Shown: positions 39,356 through 52,205, counted from the first letter of the stretch. The stretch is 64,000 nucleotides of DNA from Sphaerodactylus townsendi (GCF_021028975.2 NC_059426.1:178994001-179058000), one strand, 5' to 3'. A program made the numbers and translations. The notes: generated by a model not told the origin, from the letters alone.

Positions 39356-39780
39356 ATCTAGTCCAACATCCTATCTCACACAGTGGCCAACCAGTTACTC
39401 CGGAGGGCATAGAGAACTGATGCCTTCCCTTATGTTGCCTCCTGGTGTTCAGGCTCAGAAGCTTATATACATACTGGTATGTATTTTTCTTCTCAGACCC
39501 TTCCTCTGGGTCTCCTAGGGGGTGAGTTCGGTGTTTCTGGCCTTTTTCTTCTCCAGGAGAAGTCTCCATAAATTGTGAATGGTCTCTGTTCCTTAGGAGA
39601 GGTGTGCGTACCCAGTTCCAGTGCCCAATATGCCTAACAGCTGGCTTATAGCCAAGGGGCGGGTGTGTCTGATCCTGGTGTCTCAAAAAGACAAAAAGGA
39701 AAAAGAAGAGGTAGGAACTATTATTGGAGGTCTATCCGTGGTTAACCTGGTTCTTAGTTAGGAGACGAATAGGTCTGGCA

Positions 39781-40333
39781 GAATTGAGGGACTGGAGCAC
39801 CTTTCTTATGAAGAGAGGCTGCAGCGTTTGGGGCTCTTTAGTTTGGAGAGGAGACGTCTGAGGGGGGATATGATTGAAGTCTATAAAATTATGCCTGGGG
39901 TAGAAAATGTTGACAGAGAAATTTTTCTCTCTTTCTCACAATACTAGAACCAGGGGGGCATTCGTTGAAAATGCTGGGGGGAAGAATTAGGACTAATAAA
40001 AGGAAACACTTCTTCACGCAACGTGTGATTGGTGTTTGGAATCTGCTGCCACAGGAGGTGGTGATGGCCACTCACCTGGATAGCTTTAAAAGGGGCTTGG
40101 ACAGATTGATGGAGGAGAAGTCGATTTATGGCTACCAATCTTGATCCTCTTTGATCTCAGATTGCAAATGCCTTAGCAGACCAGGTGCTCAGGAGCAGCA
40201 GCAACAGCAGAAGGCCATTGCTTTCACCTCCTGCCGGTGAGCTCCCAATGGCAACTGGTGGGCCACTGTGAGTAGCAGAGAGCTGGACTAGATGGACTCT
40301 GGTCTGATCCAGCTGGCTTGTTCTTATGTTCTT
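39781..40333 (+). mobile_element. CR1 LINE 3' fragment
   Basis: Same 3' ORF2 and UTR, ending cttgttcttatgttctt. Confidence 0.9.
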
Positions 40334-41630
40334 AATTGTAACTCCAGGGATTGGTTCTCAGGGATTTTATTCTCAGGGATGCCTGGGAAAAAAAAGACTT
40401 TTGGTAACCACTCTCAGCCTAAGACAAGCAGAAAGAGGAGCCACCATATATAATATTCTGTTTTTATTGTTTTGGGGCTTTGACGCTTACTCCTTCTTAG
40501 GTTTAACCGTACATTTTATTAAAGTTTTTAAGAATACACAACTAAAATATTAAAGAGAGGTAGGTCAATGTACACAAATATTATCCTTGTGTGTTATTAT
40601 ATTATCCTTTGAACCCACCAAGACAAAATCCCAAGGGGAGGTCTCTGGATTTATTGAATCATAAACAGGAATCTACTGGCACTTTGAAGACTAACAGGAT
40701 TCTAATGCACTTTTCTGGACCAGGGCCCACTTCGTCAGATGCAATTCTCTTGTTTTGCCTAGAAAAGGGTTTTGAACAGGACAGATAACAAAGTCTTCCT
40801 CTGGAGCCTATTTTATATGCCTCATGATGATGATGAAGAAGAAGCAGAAGCAGCAGCAGGAGGAGGAGTAGTTTGGATTTATATCCCCCCTTTCTCTCCT
40901 GTAAGCCCCTTTCAAAGGGGCTTACAATCTCCTTGCCCTTCCCACTCACAACAAACACCCTGTAAGGTAGGTGGGGCTGAGAGAGCTCCGAGAAGCTGTG
41001 ACTAGCCCAAAGTCACCCAGCTGGCGTGTGTGGGAGTGCCCAGGCTAATCTGAATTCCCCAGATAAGCCTCCACAGCTCAGGCGGCAGAGCTGGGAATCA
41101 AACCCAGTTCCTCCAGATTAGATACACGAGCTCTTAACCTCCTACGCCACTGCTGCTGCTGTTGTTGTTAAAAAGTCTTCCTCCATCCACAACTACGGTT
41201 ATATGCCACGTGGTTTTGCTTGTGGTCTATGACTTCCTACACTCACCAAAACAGACTGCCTTTCTCTTGGAAAAAGCCTTCCTATCCAAACCCATGGCTG
41301 GAAGTGTTTGGGAGTCTAATGCCTAATGCAGCTTGGACATATTTTTGAAAACCCTCCCCTTCCCTCCCAGTGCCAGCTATATAAAGCCACTCCTTGTTAG
41401 TAAATGAGCACATAAATAGGGCTTCCAACCTCTAGGATCCACACAACTGGATATATCTTTCTAAGGCTCCATCCCCAATTCTACAGATCACAATATCCAG
41501 AACAGGAAGCAGCAGTACAGACAGACTGCTAGGATTCCCCCCCTTTTTTTTTTGGAAACATGTCTTTGCACAATCCATTCCTTTAACCTGATTTCTGTAG
41601 CATGTGCATTTTGGCACATGTGGAAAGCTG

Positions 41631-42337
41631 TCAGCTCAAGCCGAAAATTTCCCCGCTTTTCCCATCCCCGGTGTGGATTTTATGATGTTTGTTCAGGTTT
41701 GCTCTCTGAATAAAGCTCTTGCCACAGTCTGAGCATTCGTATGGCTTTTCCCCCGTGTGAATTCTCTGATGCCGACTTAGATTGGAATTGCTGCTGAATC
41801 TCCTCCCGCAAACTGGGCACGCGTGAGGTTTCTCTCCGGTGTGGATCCTCTGGTGACGGTAAAGCACCGAACTGGAGCGGAACATTTTCCCACAGTCTGA
41901 GCATTCGTACGGCTTCTCTCCAGTGTGAGTTCTCTGGTGAATGATGAGCTTTGAGCTGGAGAGAAAGCATTTCCCACAGGCCAAGCATTTGTGGGCTTTG
42001 CTTCTGGCGTGGTGGCTCTTAAGGGCGCCGGAATTCTGACTGAAACTTTTCTCATAACCCTTGCCAGCTTTTTGTTTTTTACCAGCAGGGTCGATTCCTG
42101 GCTGGACTGTGGTTATAATGAGAGTTTTGTAATCTTCCCCATAAGGATCAGTTTCGTCTGTGACGTGGCATGACTGGGGGCCTTTGGGTCTCTCTTGATC
42201 CGCTGAGGTATTTTCTGTCTCACAGCAATGCGGCACAATTTCTTCTGCTTTCCACTGTGACACCGGACATGGTCCCACTCGCTCTGAGTCTTCTGGCGCA
42301 TAATGCTCGCTCTCGTGTATTGTCATCCACCCTTCAC
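41631..42337 (-). CDS. SCAN-zinc finger protein, last exon (4 C2H2 fingers)
   Basis: Acceptor gtttcttcggcag|GT (phase 1). Four C-x2-C-x12-H-x3-H fingers with TGEKP linkers; stop at 41631. Confidence 0.92.
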
Positions 42338-43479
42338 CTGCCGAAGAAACAAGAAAACCCCAAACAAGAGAGAAGTGGAATTAGGCAGCAGGGAGCTAAA
42401 GAGCATGATAAGGACAGGGGCAAACACCTCCCCTTCCAAGACCTTGCTCAGCGGGGAAAACTCCATTACCAAACATCAGAGATGTGACAGATGCCCAAGT
42501 CCCACATTGCTTCCCGGAAGACCTGATTTGGAGCCAGGCAGAGCAGAGGATGCATGTTCTGCATCTCATGTTTTGTCGAAGGCTTTCACGGCCGGAATCA
42601 CTGTGGTTTCCGGGCTGTATGGCCATGTTCTAGCAGCATTCTCTCCTGACGTTTCAGCTCCACACAAACACAGGATGACTATAGACCAGGGGTCCCCAAA
42701 CTACGGCCCGCGGGCCATATCAGGCCCCCGGAAGACATTCATCCGGCCCGCTGGGCGGAAGCGCATATCCCCCTTCTCTCTCTCCTTTTCCTTCCTTTCC
42801 CACCGCTGGAGCGCAAGGCCACAGAGTCCCCCACTCCGAGGTATCCATTTCCTTCAGGAGAGCTAACCTCCGCAGCTGTAATTCTGGGGGGGGGGACCTT
42901 CAGGGGCCCCTGGAGCTTGGCACCCCGACCCCCAGGTTTACAAACACAGCCTCAAACGCGGGCGACTCGCTGCTCATTCCAAGCGGCCGGAGGGGACTGT
43001 ACCAATGCAGCAAGGGGGGGGAGAGAAAGGCGGCTGAGCTGGGAGCTGGAGACCCTTTGCTGGGAAAGAGCCTCGGATCCTGCGGCTGTTATGCTGCAAT
43101 CCTGCTCTGAGTTTCTCCGGTCCGAGCCCATTGGAATGAAAGGGTTCACCCACCATAATTCTCTTTAGGATTGCGCTGTGCACCACGTTGGGCTACTGAG
43201 ACCGTCATAACTCTGTTTGGGATTGCACTTCAAAATAAAATATGTGCAGTGTGCATGGGAATTTGTTCATAGTTTTTTTGAGTCCGGCCCTCTAACAGTC
43301 TGAGGGACAGTGAACTGGCCCCCTGTTTAAAAAGTTTGGGGACCCCTGCTATAGACAGTAATACAATCAAAGGGAACAAAGGCCAGGCTACTTCTATGAT
43401 GCCCTCACCTATTGACCTTGCTATCTTCATTGTTACTCACATGCTAATGGGTGGATCCCACTCAACACATGTAAATCTA

Positions 43480-43670
43480 ACTTGCTAATTGCTCCCTTTA
43501 CCTGTTAACAGACAATGGTTCTTTCCCCTCCATGGAATCTCCAGCAGGTATATATACTCCACTTGCCTTCCTACTATCAGATCCTCTGAAGATGCCAGCC
43601 ACAGATACAGGCGAAACATTCGGAGAGAATGCTGCTAGAACACGGCCATACAGCCTGGAAACCACACAGT
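43480..43670 (+). mobile_element. Penelope-like repeat fragment with degenerate hammerhead
   Basis: Homologous to 1741-1900 (ggtatatatactccactt...gatcctctgaagatgccagccacagatacaggcgaaac); an inverted partial copy lies at 42575-42655. Confidence 0.65.
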
Positions 43671-44631
43671 ACTCATGTTTATTTATTTATTTTATTGATT
43701 GATTGATTAGGTTTATATACCGCCCTCCCCCGGAGGGCTCAGGGCGGTGAACAACATGTAAAATAGAGCACATATATCAGATTAAAATCCGTTACAGGCT
43801 CTAATAAATATATATAAACCCTACCCCATTGAAATGCAGCATTATTAATTAATACTATCAATTCCCTTAAAAACCCAAAGGGAAGGGGCAGCAGGATCCA
43901 CTATTTCACCACATAGAAAATATGATTTATTAAAAGTATTTTCCTCCCACTTTTCCAAATCTCATGGTTGCTCAAAAGGGGCTTGTGATAAATTACAACT
44001 CCAAATGTGCAGCGCTGTTAAAAGGAACCAATAAGAAAGCTAAGCCTCCTGGGAAAGGGGTGCTGGTGGAGAGGAACTTGCCTTGAGGGGAACTTGGCCC
44101 AGAGAGTCCATCCTTCTCCAGAAACGCTCACGGGTAAGAGGTCTGGAGTGAAGGGAAGGATAACTTGATGGGAACAGCTCCCTTTGCCTGTTCTCTCCAT
44201 CCGTCTCGGCCTCCCTGTGCTTTTCCCTGATTACAGCTGGTGGCTCCTCCATATTCTATTGCCCGCTAGGCTTGCTGGTTAGCCACTCTCCCAAGACAGG
44301 CTAGATTGCTGGGCTGAGCAGCCTGGCCCACTCCTCAGCACTGGGCCAGGTCAGCCTTTCCCCCTGGGAGTCTACAGAGAAGCCTTTCCTTGCCTCAGCC
44401 AGGCAGTTCCAACCCCCCTGCACACCTCTGTCCCTATTTGCCAGCGTGGCTTTGCCAATGCAGGGCTTCTGAGCCCTCACTGAGAGCGCCCTTTCTGGAC
44501 ACAGCATCCCACAGGAATGCGTCTCACGGGGATCTTGGAGGTGCAGAAGGGAAAAGGGAGTGGGACGGTCCATGATCCTGCAACACTCAGGGGTATGTGC
44601 ATCTTCCTACAACTGGCCGACCACATGCATG

Positions 44632-45023
44632 CAGAGGTGGGATCCAGCAGGTTCTCACAGGTTCCCGAGAGTAGGTTGCTAATTATTTGTGTGTGCCGAG
44701 AGGGGGTTACTAATGGGTGATTTTGCCACATGATTTTTGCCTTAGTTACGCCCCTCCTCTCAGCAGAAGCGCGCAGAACTTGAAGCAGTCTAGCAGGAGG
44801 TGCACCGGCGTGCGTGGCAGCCTGCGCCTGCGTGCATTCGTTTCCCGCCCAAGGACCGGCGCAGCGGCTGCGTCCTTGCCACAGCCCTGCCCAGGAATGC
44901 CACGCCCCCGGAATGCCCGGCCACGCCCCCGTTGTGCCCCACCCAGCCCCACTGGCGCTACGCCACAGTTTGAATCCCACCACCATGGGAACCTGTTACT
45001 AAAATTTTTGGATCCCACCACTG
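44632..45023 (+). mobile_element. hAT MITE family B
   Basis: TIRs CAG(A/T)GGTGGGATCC; perfect TSD CATGCATG. Confidence 0.88.
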
Positions 45024-45085
45024 CATGCATGGTGAGAGAAACACTTTCTAGGATCATTCCAGATGAATCACTGAGTTAATCTCAG

Positions 45086-45475
45086 AATTATGCATGGGGG
45101 GGCATGGGGGGGCATCCATTGAAAATGCTGGGGGGAAGAATTAGGACTAATAAAAGGAAACACTTCTTCACGCAACGTGTGATTGGTGTTTGGAATATGC
45201 TGCCACAGGAGGTGGTGATGGCCACTAACCTGGATAGCTTTAAAAGGGGCTTGGACAGATTTATGGAGGAGAAGTCGATTTATGGCTATCTTGATCCTCT
45301 TTGATCTGAGATTGCAAAAACAGTCCAGGTGCTCGGGAGCCGCAGCAGCAGAAGGCCATTGCTTTCACCTCCTGCATGTGAGCTCCCAAAGGCACCTGGT
45401 GGGCCACTGCGATTAGCAGAGAGCCGGACTAGATGGACTCTGGTCTGATCCAGCTGGCTTGTTCTTATGTTCTTA
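45086..45475 (+). mobile_element. CR1 LINE 3' fragment
   Basis: GHPLKMLGGRIRTNKRKHFFTQRV plus tail. Confidence 0.88.
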
Positions 45476-45725
45476 ATCTATAACAGTGACATTAAACTGG
45501 AGTTCAGGGACACCTGAAAGACTACCAACATGTGTTCCAACATAAATGTACTCTCCTCAGAGTAGATGAAGCCCATCTCCCACTGCTGTTAGATAGCGGA
45601 CTAATGGGTCTTTTTCTGCCACCTCATCCATTTTTCATATAAACCAATGAAAAAAACATGACTTTTTTTGGAAGCACCGCCCCACGGTCTCCATCCCGAG
45701 ATTCAGCGGAGAGGATCATACATAC

Positions 45726-45840
45726 CCAGCAGGCTGGCCTCCCCATCAGCTTCCTCCTTGGTCCCCGGGTGCGGCTGCTCAAAGTGCGACGGAGGAAGCA
45801 CCCCCTCACAGAAGTGCTCCACAGTCTGCTCCAGCGGCAC
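45726..45840 (-). CDS. SCAN-zinc finger protein, linker exon
   Basis: 115 nt, ccatgtag|GTG...CTGG|gtatgt. Encodes VPLEQTVEHFCEGVLPPSHFEQPHPGTKEEADGEASLL(G). Phase 0 in, phase 1 out, which joins in frame to the finger exon. Confidence 0.8.
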
Positions 45841-46574
45841 CTACATGGACAGAGAGACACTTTCAGGGCAAGAGGGCTGTGGACAAGACTGTTTGTTTAA
45901 AAATTCTATAATCCTAATCCTATTGCATTGTTTACTGGCAGTCCCAAACTGTGGCTTTAATTCTGCGGGCTTTTTTAATGCATCGTATGTACCATATTTT
46001 ACATATTTTATCTGCATTGTAAGTTTGTTTGAGCACAGTAAGGAAGAAAGGCGGCTAATAAATGATTTCAATAACTGAATTACACAGAATTATCCAGAGA
46101 AAGGGGAACTTGGAATGGCAGGGGGGAAACTCGGCACCACTTTTCTTCTGGAACAGTCGGCAAAAGAGTCTGAAAAGCAAAGGCCGATTCTGGACAGACT
46201 TACTGGGGGTCTCCTTGGATGGTTGGACAGCCCTGCATTCAAAATACACTGTGGAATGGACCGTCCTACATAGTCACAGCACTGTGGAACTGATTGGGCC
46301 ACGCTGCAAGGGCAGCTAGAACCAAAAGGTGGCCTGGAGGGTGGTCTTTTGTGTCAGGGCCCCCTTCTGACTGTGGACTCTGGTCCGGTAGTTGGAAGGA
46401 CAGCCAAAAGATGGGGCTGTTCTCCTGGCCAGGATGCTGGCCAATGCCAGCGTGGTGTAGTGGTTAAGAGTACTGGACTCTTATCTGGTGAACCAGATTT
46501 GTTTCCCCACTCCTCCACATGTAGCCTGCTGGGTGACCTTGAGCCAGTCACAGTTCTCTCCAGACTCTCTCAGC

Positions 46575-47158
46575 CAGTGGTGGGATCCAAAAATTTTAGT
46601 AACAGGTTCCCACGGTGGTGGGATTCAAACAGTGACGTAGCGCCAATGGGGCTAAACGGGGCATGACGGGGGCGTGGCCAGGCATTCGGGGGCGGGGCAT
46701 TAATAATTTCTCTGTTACTGTAAAAAACTCTTACTGTAAAAAAAAGTTCCTAATTTCCAGCTGGTCTCTTTCTGTCCATAATTTAAACTCATTGTAGCAA
46801 GTCCTATCGTCTACTGCCAACAGAAACGACTTCTCCTCTAATTGACTGCCTGTCAAATACTTAATACTTTCAAACACTTAATTTTGTTTCTAGAAATCAA
46901 AAGAAGGATTCCTTCCTTAAACAAGGAACTTTACCCTATTTCTAAAACATGTTTTTAAAACAGCCCAACAGGGAAAATTATCCCGTTTTCTACCTTTGCT
47001 AACCAGCCACATAGGAAACAACAGGACTTTATGGTTTTTGGACCTAATGGAATTTCTAACGGAAAAGCAGACCCAGTTAGTAATCCCCTCTCGGCACACA
47101 CAAATAATGAGTAACCCACTCTCGGGAACGGGTGAGAACCTGCTGGATCCCACCTCTG
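46575..47158 (-). mobile_element. hAT MITE family B, longer internal variant
   Basis: Same TIRs; TSD ctctcagc/ctctcagt; nested in a SINE. Confidence 0.82.
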
Positions 47159-47604
47159 CTCTCAGTCTAACCTATTTCACAAGGTGTTGTGGAGAGAGAA
47201 AGGGAAGGAGTTTGTAAGCTGCCATGAGTCTCCTTACAGGACAGAAAGGCAGAGTACAAATCCAAACTCTTCTTTTTCTTCTTCCCTTCCTCCTGTTGAT
47301 GGCAGGGTGGGATGCTCCATATATACCCTGCCTGCATCTGAAGGTCACTTGGAAACCTGACCACATGCAGAGGCCTGGCCAGGTCAGTAGCCAAGGCTTC
47401 GTTTCAAACTCTGAGTAACGCAACGAGCAGCCAATGCGTTTTCTCCATTGGATTGTCTCAAAGTAGACATTTTAATTTTGGGGAAACAACCTTACACCAC
47501 AAACCCAGACAGCCAATGTCGTCAGTTTCACACACCCGAGCCCAAGAAGATGTATCACGTGCTGAAGGCCTCTGGGAGGCCTTGTTCACAGTTGCTTGTA
47601 TTTT

Positions 47605-47918
47605 AAGGTGACCAGATGGTCACCTTTGTGAACCGGGATGGGGGGTAGGCGGCCGCCAGCCTGCGCGCACATGCGCGCACAGCCGCAGGAGCACACTGCC
47701 TTCTGGGGCATTGCCATTTCCCGCCGTGTCACAGGGCAGGAAACGGCAGCGCCCCAGAAGGCCGTGCAGCTGCGCGCACGGGAGGCTGCCGCACTGCCTT
47801 GAGCCCCAGAAGGCAGTGCGGCCGCCTTCCAAAAAGCGGGACAATTGAAATAGCCCGTGGGACAAATTGTTTGAAGGCGGGACTGTCCCGCCAAAAGCAG
47901 GATGTCTGGTCAGCCTAT
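47605..47918. mobile_element. hAT-like MITE with GGTGACCAGATG-type termini
   Basis: Terminal ggtgaccagatg / gatgtctggtcagccta; subterminal gggac repeats. Confidence 0.55.
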
Positions 47919-50131
47919 TGTATTTTACTTCAAGCTCCAGGCTGGGTGCTTTTTTCATTTCCAGGCCCAGTTGTAGGAGCCTCATAGCCTGGGACTGGGA
48001 TTTTAAAGCTCTGTTCCACACTGGGCATAGATATCTGAAGGACCATCGTCTCCCATATAAGTACCTGCCCACACATTGGATTAATCTTCGCAGGTGCTGT
48101 GTTTTGCCCCCGCCCTTTCAGGTGTGTGGATGTGAAGCGCAGGGCCTTCCTAGAAGAGGCCCCTGAGCAAATGAAGCACACCTCCCTTCACCGGGTGACG
48201 TCCCTATCCTCTCGTACCAGTGTGAAACTTCTTTTTTGAAAAAATTCTAGCACACTTTTGATTAAGAAGAAGAAGAGTTTGGATTTATATCCCCCCTTTC
48301 TCTCCTAGGAGACTCAAAGGGGCTGACAATCTCCTTGCCCTTTCCCCCCCACAACAAACACCATGTGAGGTAGGTGGGGCTGAGAGAGCTCCGAGAAGCT
48401 GTGACTAGCCCAAGGTCACCCAGCTGGCGTGTGTGGGAGTGCACAGGCTAACCTGAATTCCCCAGATAAGCCTCCACAGCTCAGGCGGCAGAGCGGGGAA
48501 TCAAACCCGGTTCCTCCAGATTAGAGACACGAGCTCTTAACCTCCTACGCCACTGCTGCTCCTTAGCGGTATAGTCCATCTGCGATTGTTTTTCTACACA
48601 ACACCTACATTTTATGATAGTTTTTTCACACATTCACTACTGTGGCTGCTTCTCAAAATTGGTTAAATGTTGGTTTCAGATTAACTTTGGGTGTTTTAGT
48701 TGTTTTGTGTATTGTGGTTTCATGACACTGAGAAGCTGTGTTTATTTTCAGTAAAGAAATGCATTTTCTGAAATGGACCAACATCTTGATCCTTGTTGTC
48801 CTGCTGCAGGACACCAGCAGCACGGGGAAACGCTTCCACGCGAAGCTGCCCGTCTTCTGGCGGAACCTGGAGTCCTCCAGATGACATCGGTTGCCCTGGA
48901 GAAAACGGCCACTTTGGAGCATTGACTATGGTATTATAGCAAACTCTATGGTATTGTAGCAAAGGAGCAGCAGTGGCGTAGTGGCTAAGAGCAGTGGCTA
49001 AGAGCAGGTGCACTCTGATCTGGAGGAACCGGGTTTGATTCCCAGCTCTGCCGCTTGAGTTGTGGAGGCTTATCTGAGGAATTCAGATTAGCCTGTACAC
49101 TCCCACACACGCCAGCTGGGTGACCTTGGGCTAGTCACAGCTTCTCGGAGCTCTCTTAGCCCCACCCAACTCACAGGGTGTTTGTTGTGAGTGGGGAAGG
49201 GCAAGGAGATTGTCAGCCCCTTTGAGTCTCCTGCAGGAGAGAAAGGGGGGATATAAATCCAAACTCTTCTTCTTCTCCAAACAAGATTGGAACTAGCGTG
49301 CCAAGTATGATATGACAGGAATGAACAGACCAAATTGGCACACTGACTTGGACTTATGTGTATATGACAATTGTAATAAATCATTCCAACAACATTTGTG
49401 CAAAGTTATTTTTTCAATTATTTTTCATATAAATATTAACACAAGTATACCAATACTAACCCTATTCTAATATCCTATTGATGAAAGTAATAAAGTGCAA
49501 TACATTTATATAAAGTGCCAGTGTCAATAAAACAAATCAATGTACAATTTTCATCATTTCATTTGTAAAGTGTGTATTCAAAAGTCCATATGAGACTTCA
49601 AATTGATGAATTCCAAGAAATATTTCCATTTCCATTTTTTTTATTTGGTTCCCAAATGGAACTCCACAGATTCTCATCACGTATATTGTCAAGCAAATAT
49701 TCAAATGTCCATATGAGACTGCACAATGTTCAATTCCAAGGGAAATTTTATGTTTCCATTTTATGTGATTCCCAAATGGAACTTCACAACAGAGCTAGTA
49801 CATCCTGTGTCTTGAGTCCATACATGGATGGTACATTGAAACTGAGAATCCTATATAGAATTGCACCACGCGCCTGAATGCGTTTTCGAAGGTATCTTCC
49901 TCAGTATACCGATTCTCGATAGCTTGATTTCATCCTGGGGTTAACATTTTTATACAGTGACATCCTTCCCCTAGAGATCAGTGTGCCAATTTGGTCTGTT
50001 CATTCCTGTCATATCACTCTATGGTATTATACCCTACTGAGGATACACCTTGCCTCAAACCCCTCCCTCCATAGGCTTCCTGCAAAAAATCTCCAGGAAA
50101 TTCACAACTCAGAGTTGGCAACCCTACGTGC

Positions 50132-50896
50132 CTGGCTTTTGTCTCCCTCCGCGTCCCGCTGCCCCAGAAGGAAACCCTCCGCCAGGGCCACGGCCTGGGA
50201 GCACGTCTCTGGGCTACGTTCCCGCACCCAGTTCTGGATCTCGGCGGGTAGAACCGTGAGAAACTGCTCCAGAATCAACAGTTCCAGGATCTGCTCCTTC
50301 GTGTGCCTCTCCACTTTCAGCCACTGGCAGCAAAGCGCCTGCAGTCGGCTGTAGACGGCTCTGGGTCCCTCGGCCTCCCCGTAGCAGAAGTGCCGGAAGT
50401 GCTGGCGGTGTCTCTCCCTGCTGATGGCGTCCCCGTGCAAAATGGCCGCCTTCACCTTGCCGTAATCCTCTCTGTCTCTGAGCTCCAGCTTGTGAAAGGC
50501 CGTTTCCGCTTCTCCGCTGAGAGCTGGCAGGAGGCGAGCCGCCCATTCCTCCCTGGGCCACCGGCAGGCTTCAGCGACTTGCTCGAAGGAGGCCAGGAAG
50601 GCCTTGGCATCGCCCCACGGTGCGGGCTCCTCTGGCCACTGTGGGAAGGCCAGCCTCGAGGGAAGGGGCTCCGCTGTCTTCAGGAACTCCTGCCACTGGG
50701 CTTCCCAATGGTGGGCTGTGCCTTCTTCTGGCTCCTCTTTCACCTGCACTTTTCCGAGGGACCTCATGGTATTTGCTCCTGTGGGATTTCCATCTTCCTC
50801 CAAGGACGCCCTTGTTTTGCATCCTGCCACTTGGATATCTCCTGTCCTGCCTGTGTCCTCTTCCTGCGCACAGGGGTCTCGCTCCTCTGTTTTCAT
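50132..50896 (-). CDS. SCAN-zinc finger protein, first coding exon (extended SCAN domain); predicted protein ~528 aa
   Basis: [10 protein letters not shown]...[31 protein letters not shown]...[77 protein letters not shown]. In-frame TGA upstream of the ATG; acceptor at 50984; probable GC donor CAG|gcacgt. Confidence 0.9.
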
Positions 50897-50989
50897 CTTT
50901 GGACGCTCTCACAAGGATGGCGGCGCACTGGAGAAATTGCTAGATGAGCTGGCGATGATCTGCAAAGCCCTGCTGAGTTTCTGCCTGGA

Positions 50990-51289
50990 AAAGAAGAAGA
51001 GTTTGGATTTATATCCCCCCTTTCTCTCCTGCAGGAGACTCAAAGGGGCTGACAATCTCCTTGCCCTTCCCCCCTCACAACAAACCCCCTGTGAGGTGGG
51101 TGGGGCTGAGAGAGCTCCGAAAAGCTGTGACTAGCCCAAGGTCACCCAGCTGGCGTGTGTGGGAGTGCACAAGCTAATCTGAATTCCCTAGATAAGCCTC
51201 CACAGCTCAGGCGGCAGAGCTGGGAATCAAACCCGGTTCCTCCAGATTAGATACTAGAGCTCTTAACCTCCTACGCCACTGCTGCTCCT
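50990..51289 (-). mobile_element. Squam3-like SINE abutting the SCAN-exon acceptor
   Basis: Full-length copy whose (CTT)n tail runs directly into ttccag|exon. Confidence 0.88.
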
Positions 51290-52119
51290 TAAAACTGGTG
51301 TGTAAAGAAAAATAATCTTGCGGGTTCAGATGAGTCAAGCTGCATAGCTCTGAGGAATGATCAAGAGAGCTCTGTTTACTCTAAGAGGGTAAAATCCCAC
51401 AAAGATTATAGCCTTAAACTTTGGCCATGCAAACCAATAGTTTGGGTGTGTGTGTGTGTGTCTCAGTCTTGTACAGCCCCAGGCAGCACTGGAATTAAAA
51501 TAATTTAACAACCGGTTCCGGTGGTGGGATTCAAATAATTTAACACCTGGTTGTTTACAAGCACCATTTCAACAACAGGTTCTGCCGAAGTGGTGCGAAC
51601 CGGCTGAATCCCACCACTGACCCCAGGACAATTGTAGCAGAAATCCAATGGTTAGCCACGTCCCATTAAATAGAGGGTGAGAGTCTTGCTGTCCTCATCT
51701 TCACTCTGCTTTGGACACACCTGGAGCTGAGTGGGAAATGTCCTTCTGAGCCCCGACACTCCTTAGTCAAGAAGCTGCTGAAGTAGGTAAAGAGTGGGAA
51801 CCCTTCCTCTCTACACCTACAGGAAGATGCCCACTGAGGGTGCCGGTCCGTCCAACCCAGTATTGGCTGCTTCTCCAAGGTCTGCAAGAGAGAAAGGCTG
51901 TTCCCTGCCCTGCGGAGCTGGAGAAGAAGGTCTGGACGCGGGACCCGGTGCCTGCAAAGCAGATGCCCTTCCATTGAGCTATAAATGTCCATTACACAAA
52001 CACTGGCCCATCTAGGCTAGGAATACCTGCTGGGTACACAGGAGCCTTTCCCAGCCCGACCACTTCCAGTTGGAAATGGTAAGAATCACTCTGCGTCCCA
52101 GAGGAGCCTCCCATACCAG

Positions 52120-52156
52120 TCTCTCTCTCTCTCTCTTTCTCTCTCTCTCACACACA

Positions 52157-52205
<49 letters not shown>
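52120..52205. repeat. (CT)n/(CA)n microsatellite
   Basis: Visible directly. Confidence 0.9.

Noticed and set aside
48780-48900. Possible extra ZSCAN exon (ttttctccag acceptor)
   Set aside because: Resembles a common repeat also seen at ~36700-36795, has a weak donor, and is not needed for frame.
48963-49050. tRNA-like A and B boxes
   Set aside because: Heads of SINEs continuing into the SINE body; no complete cloverleaf or terminator.
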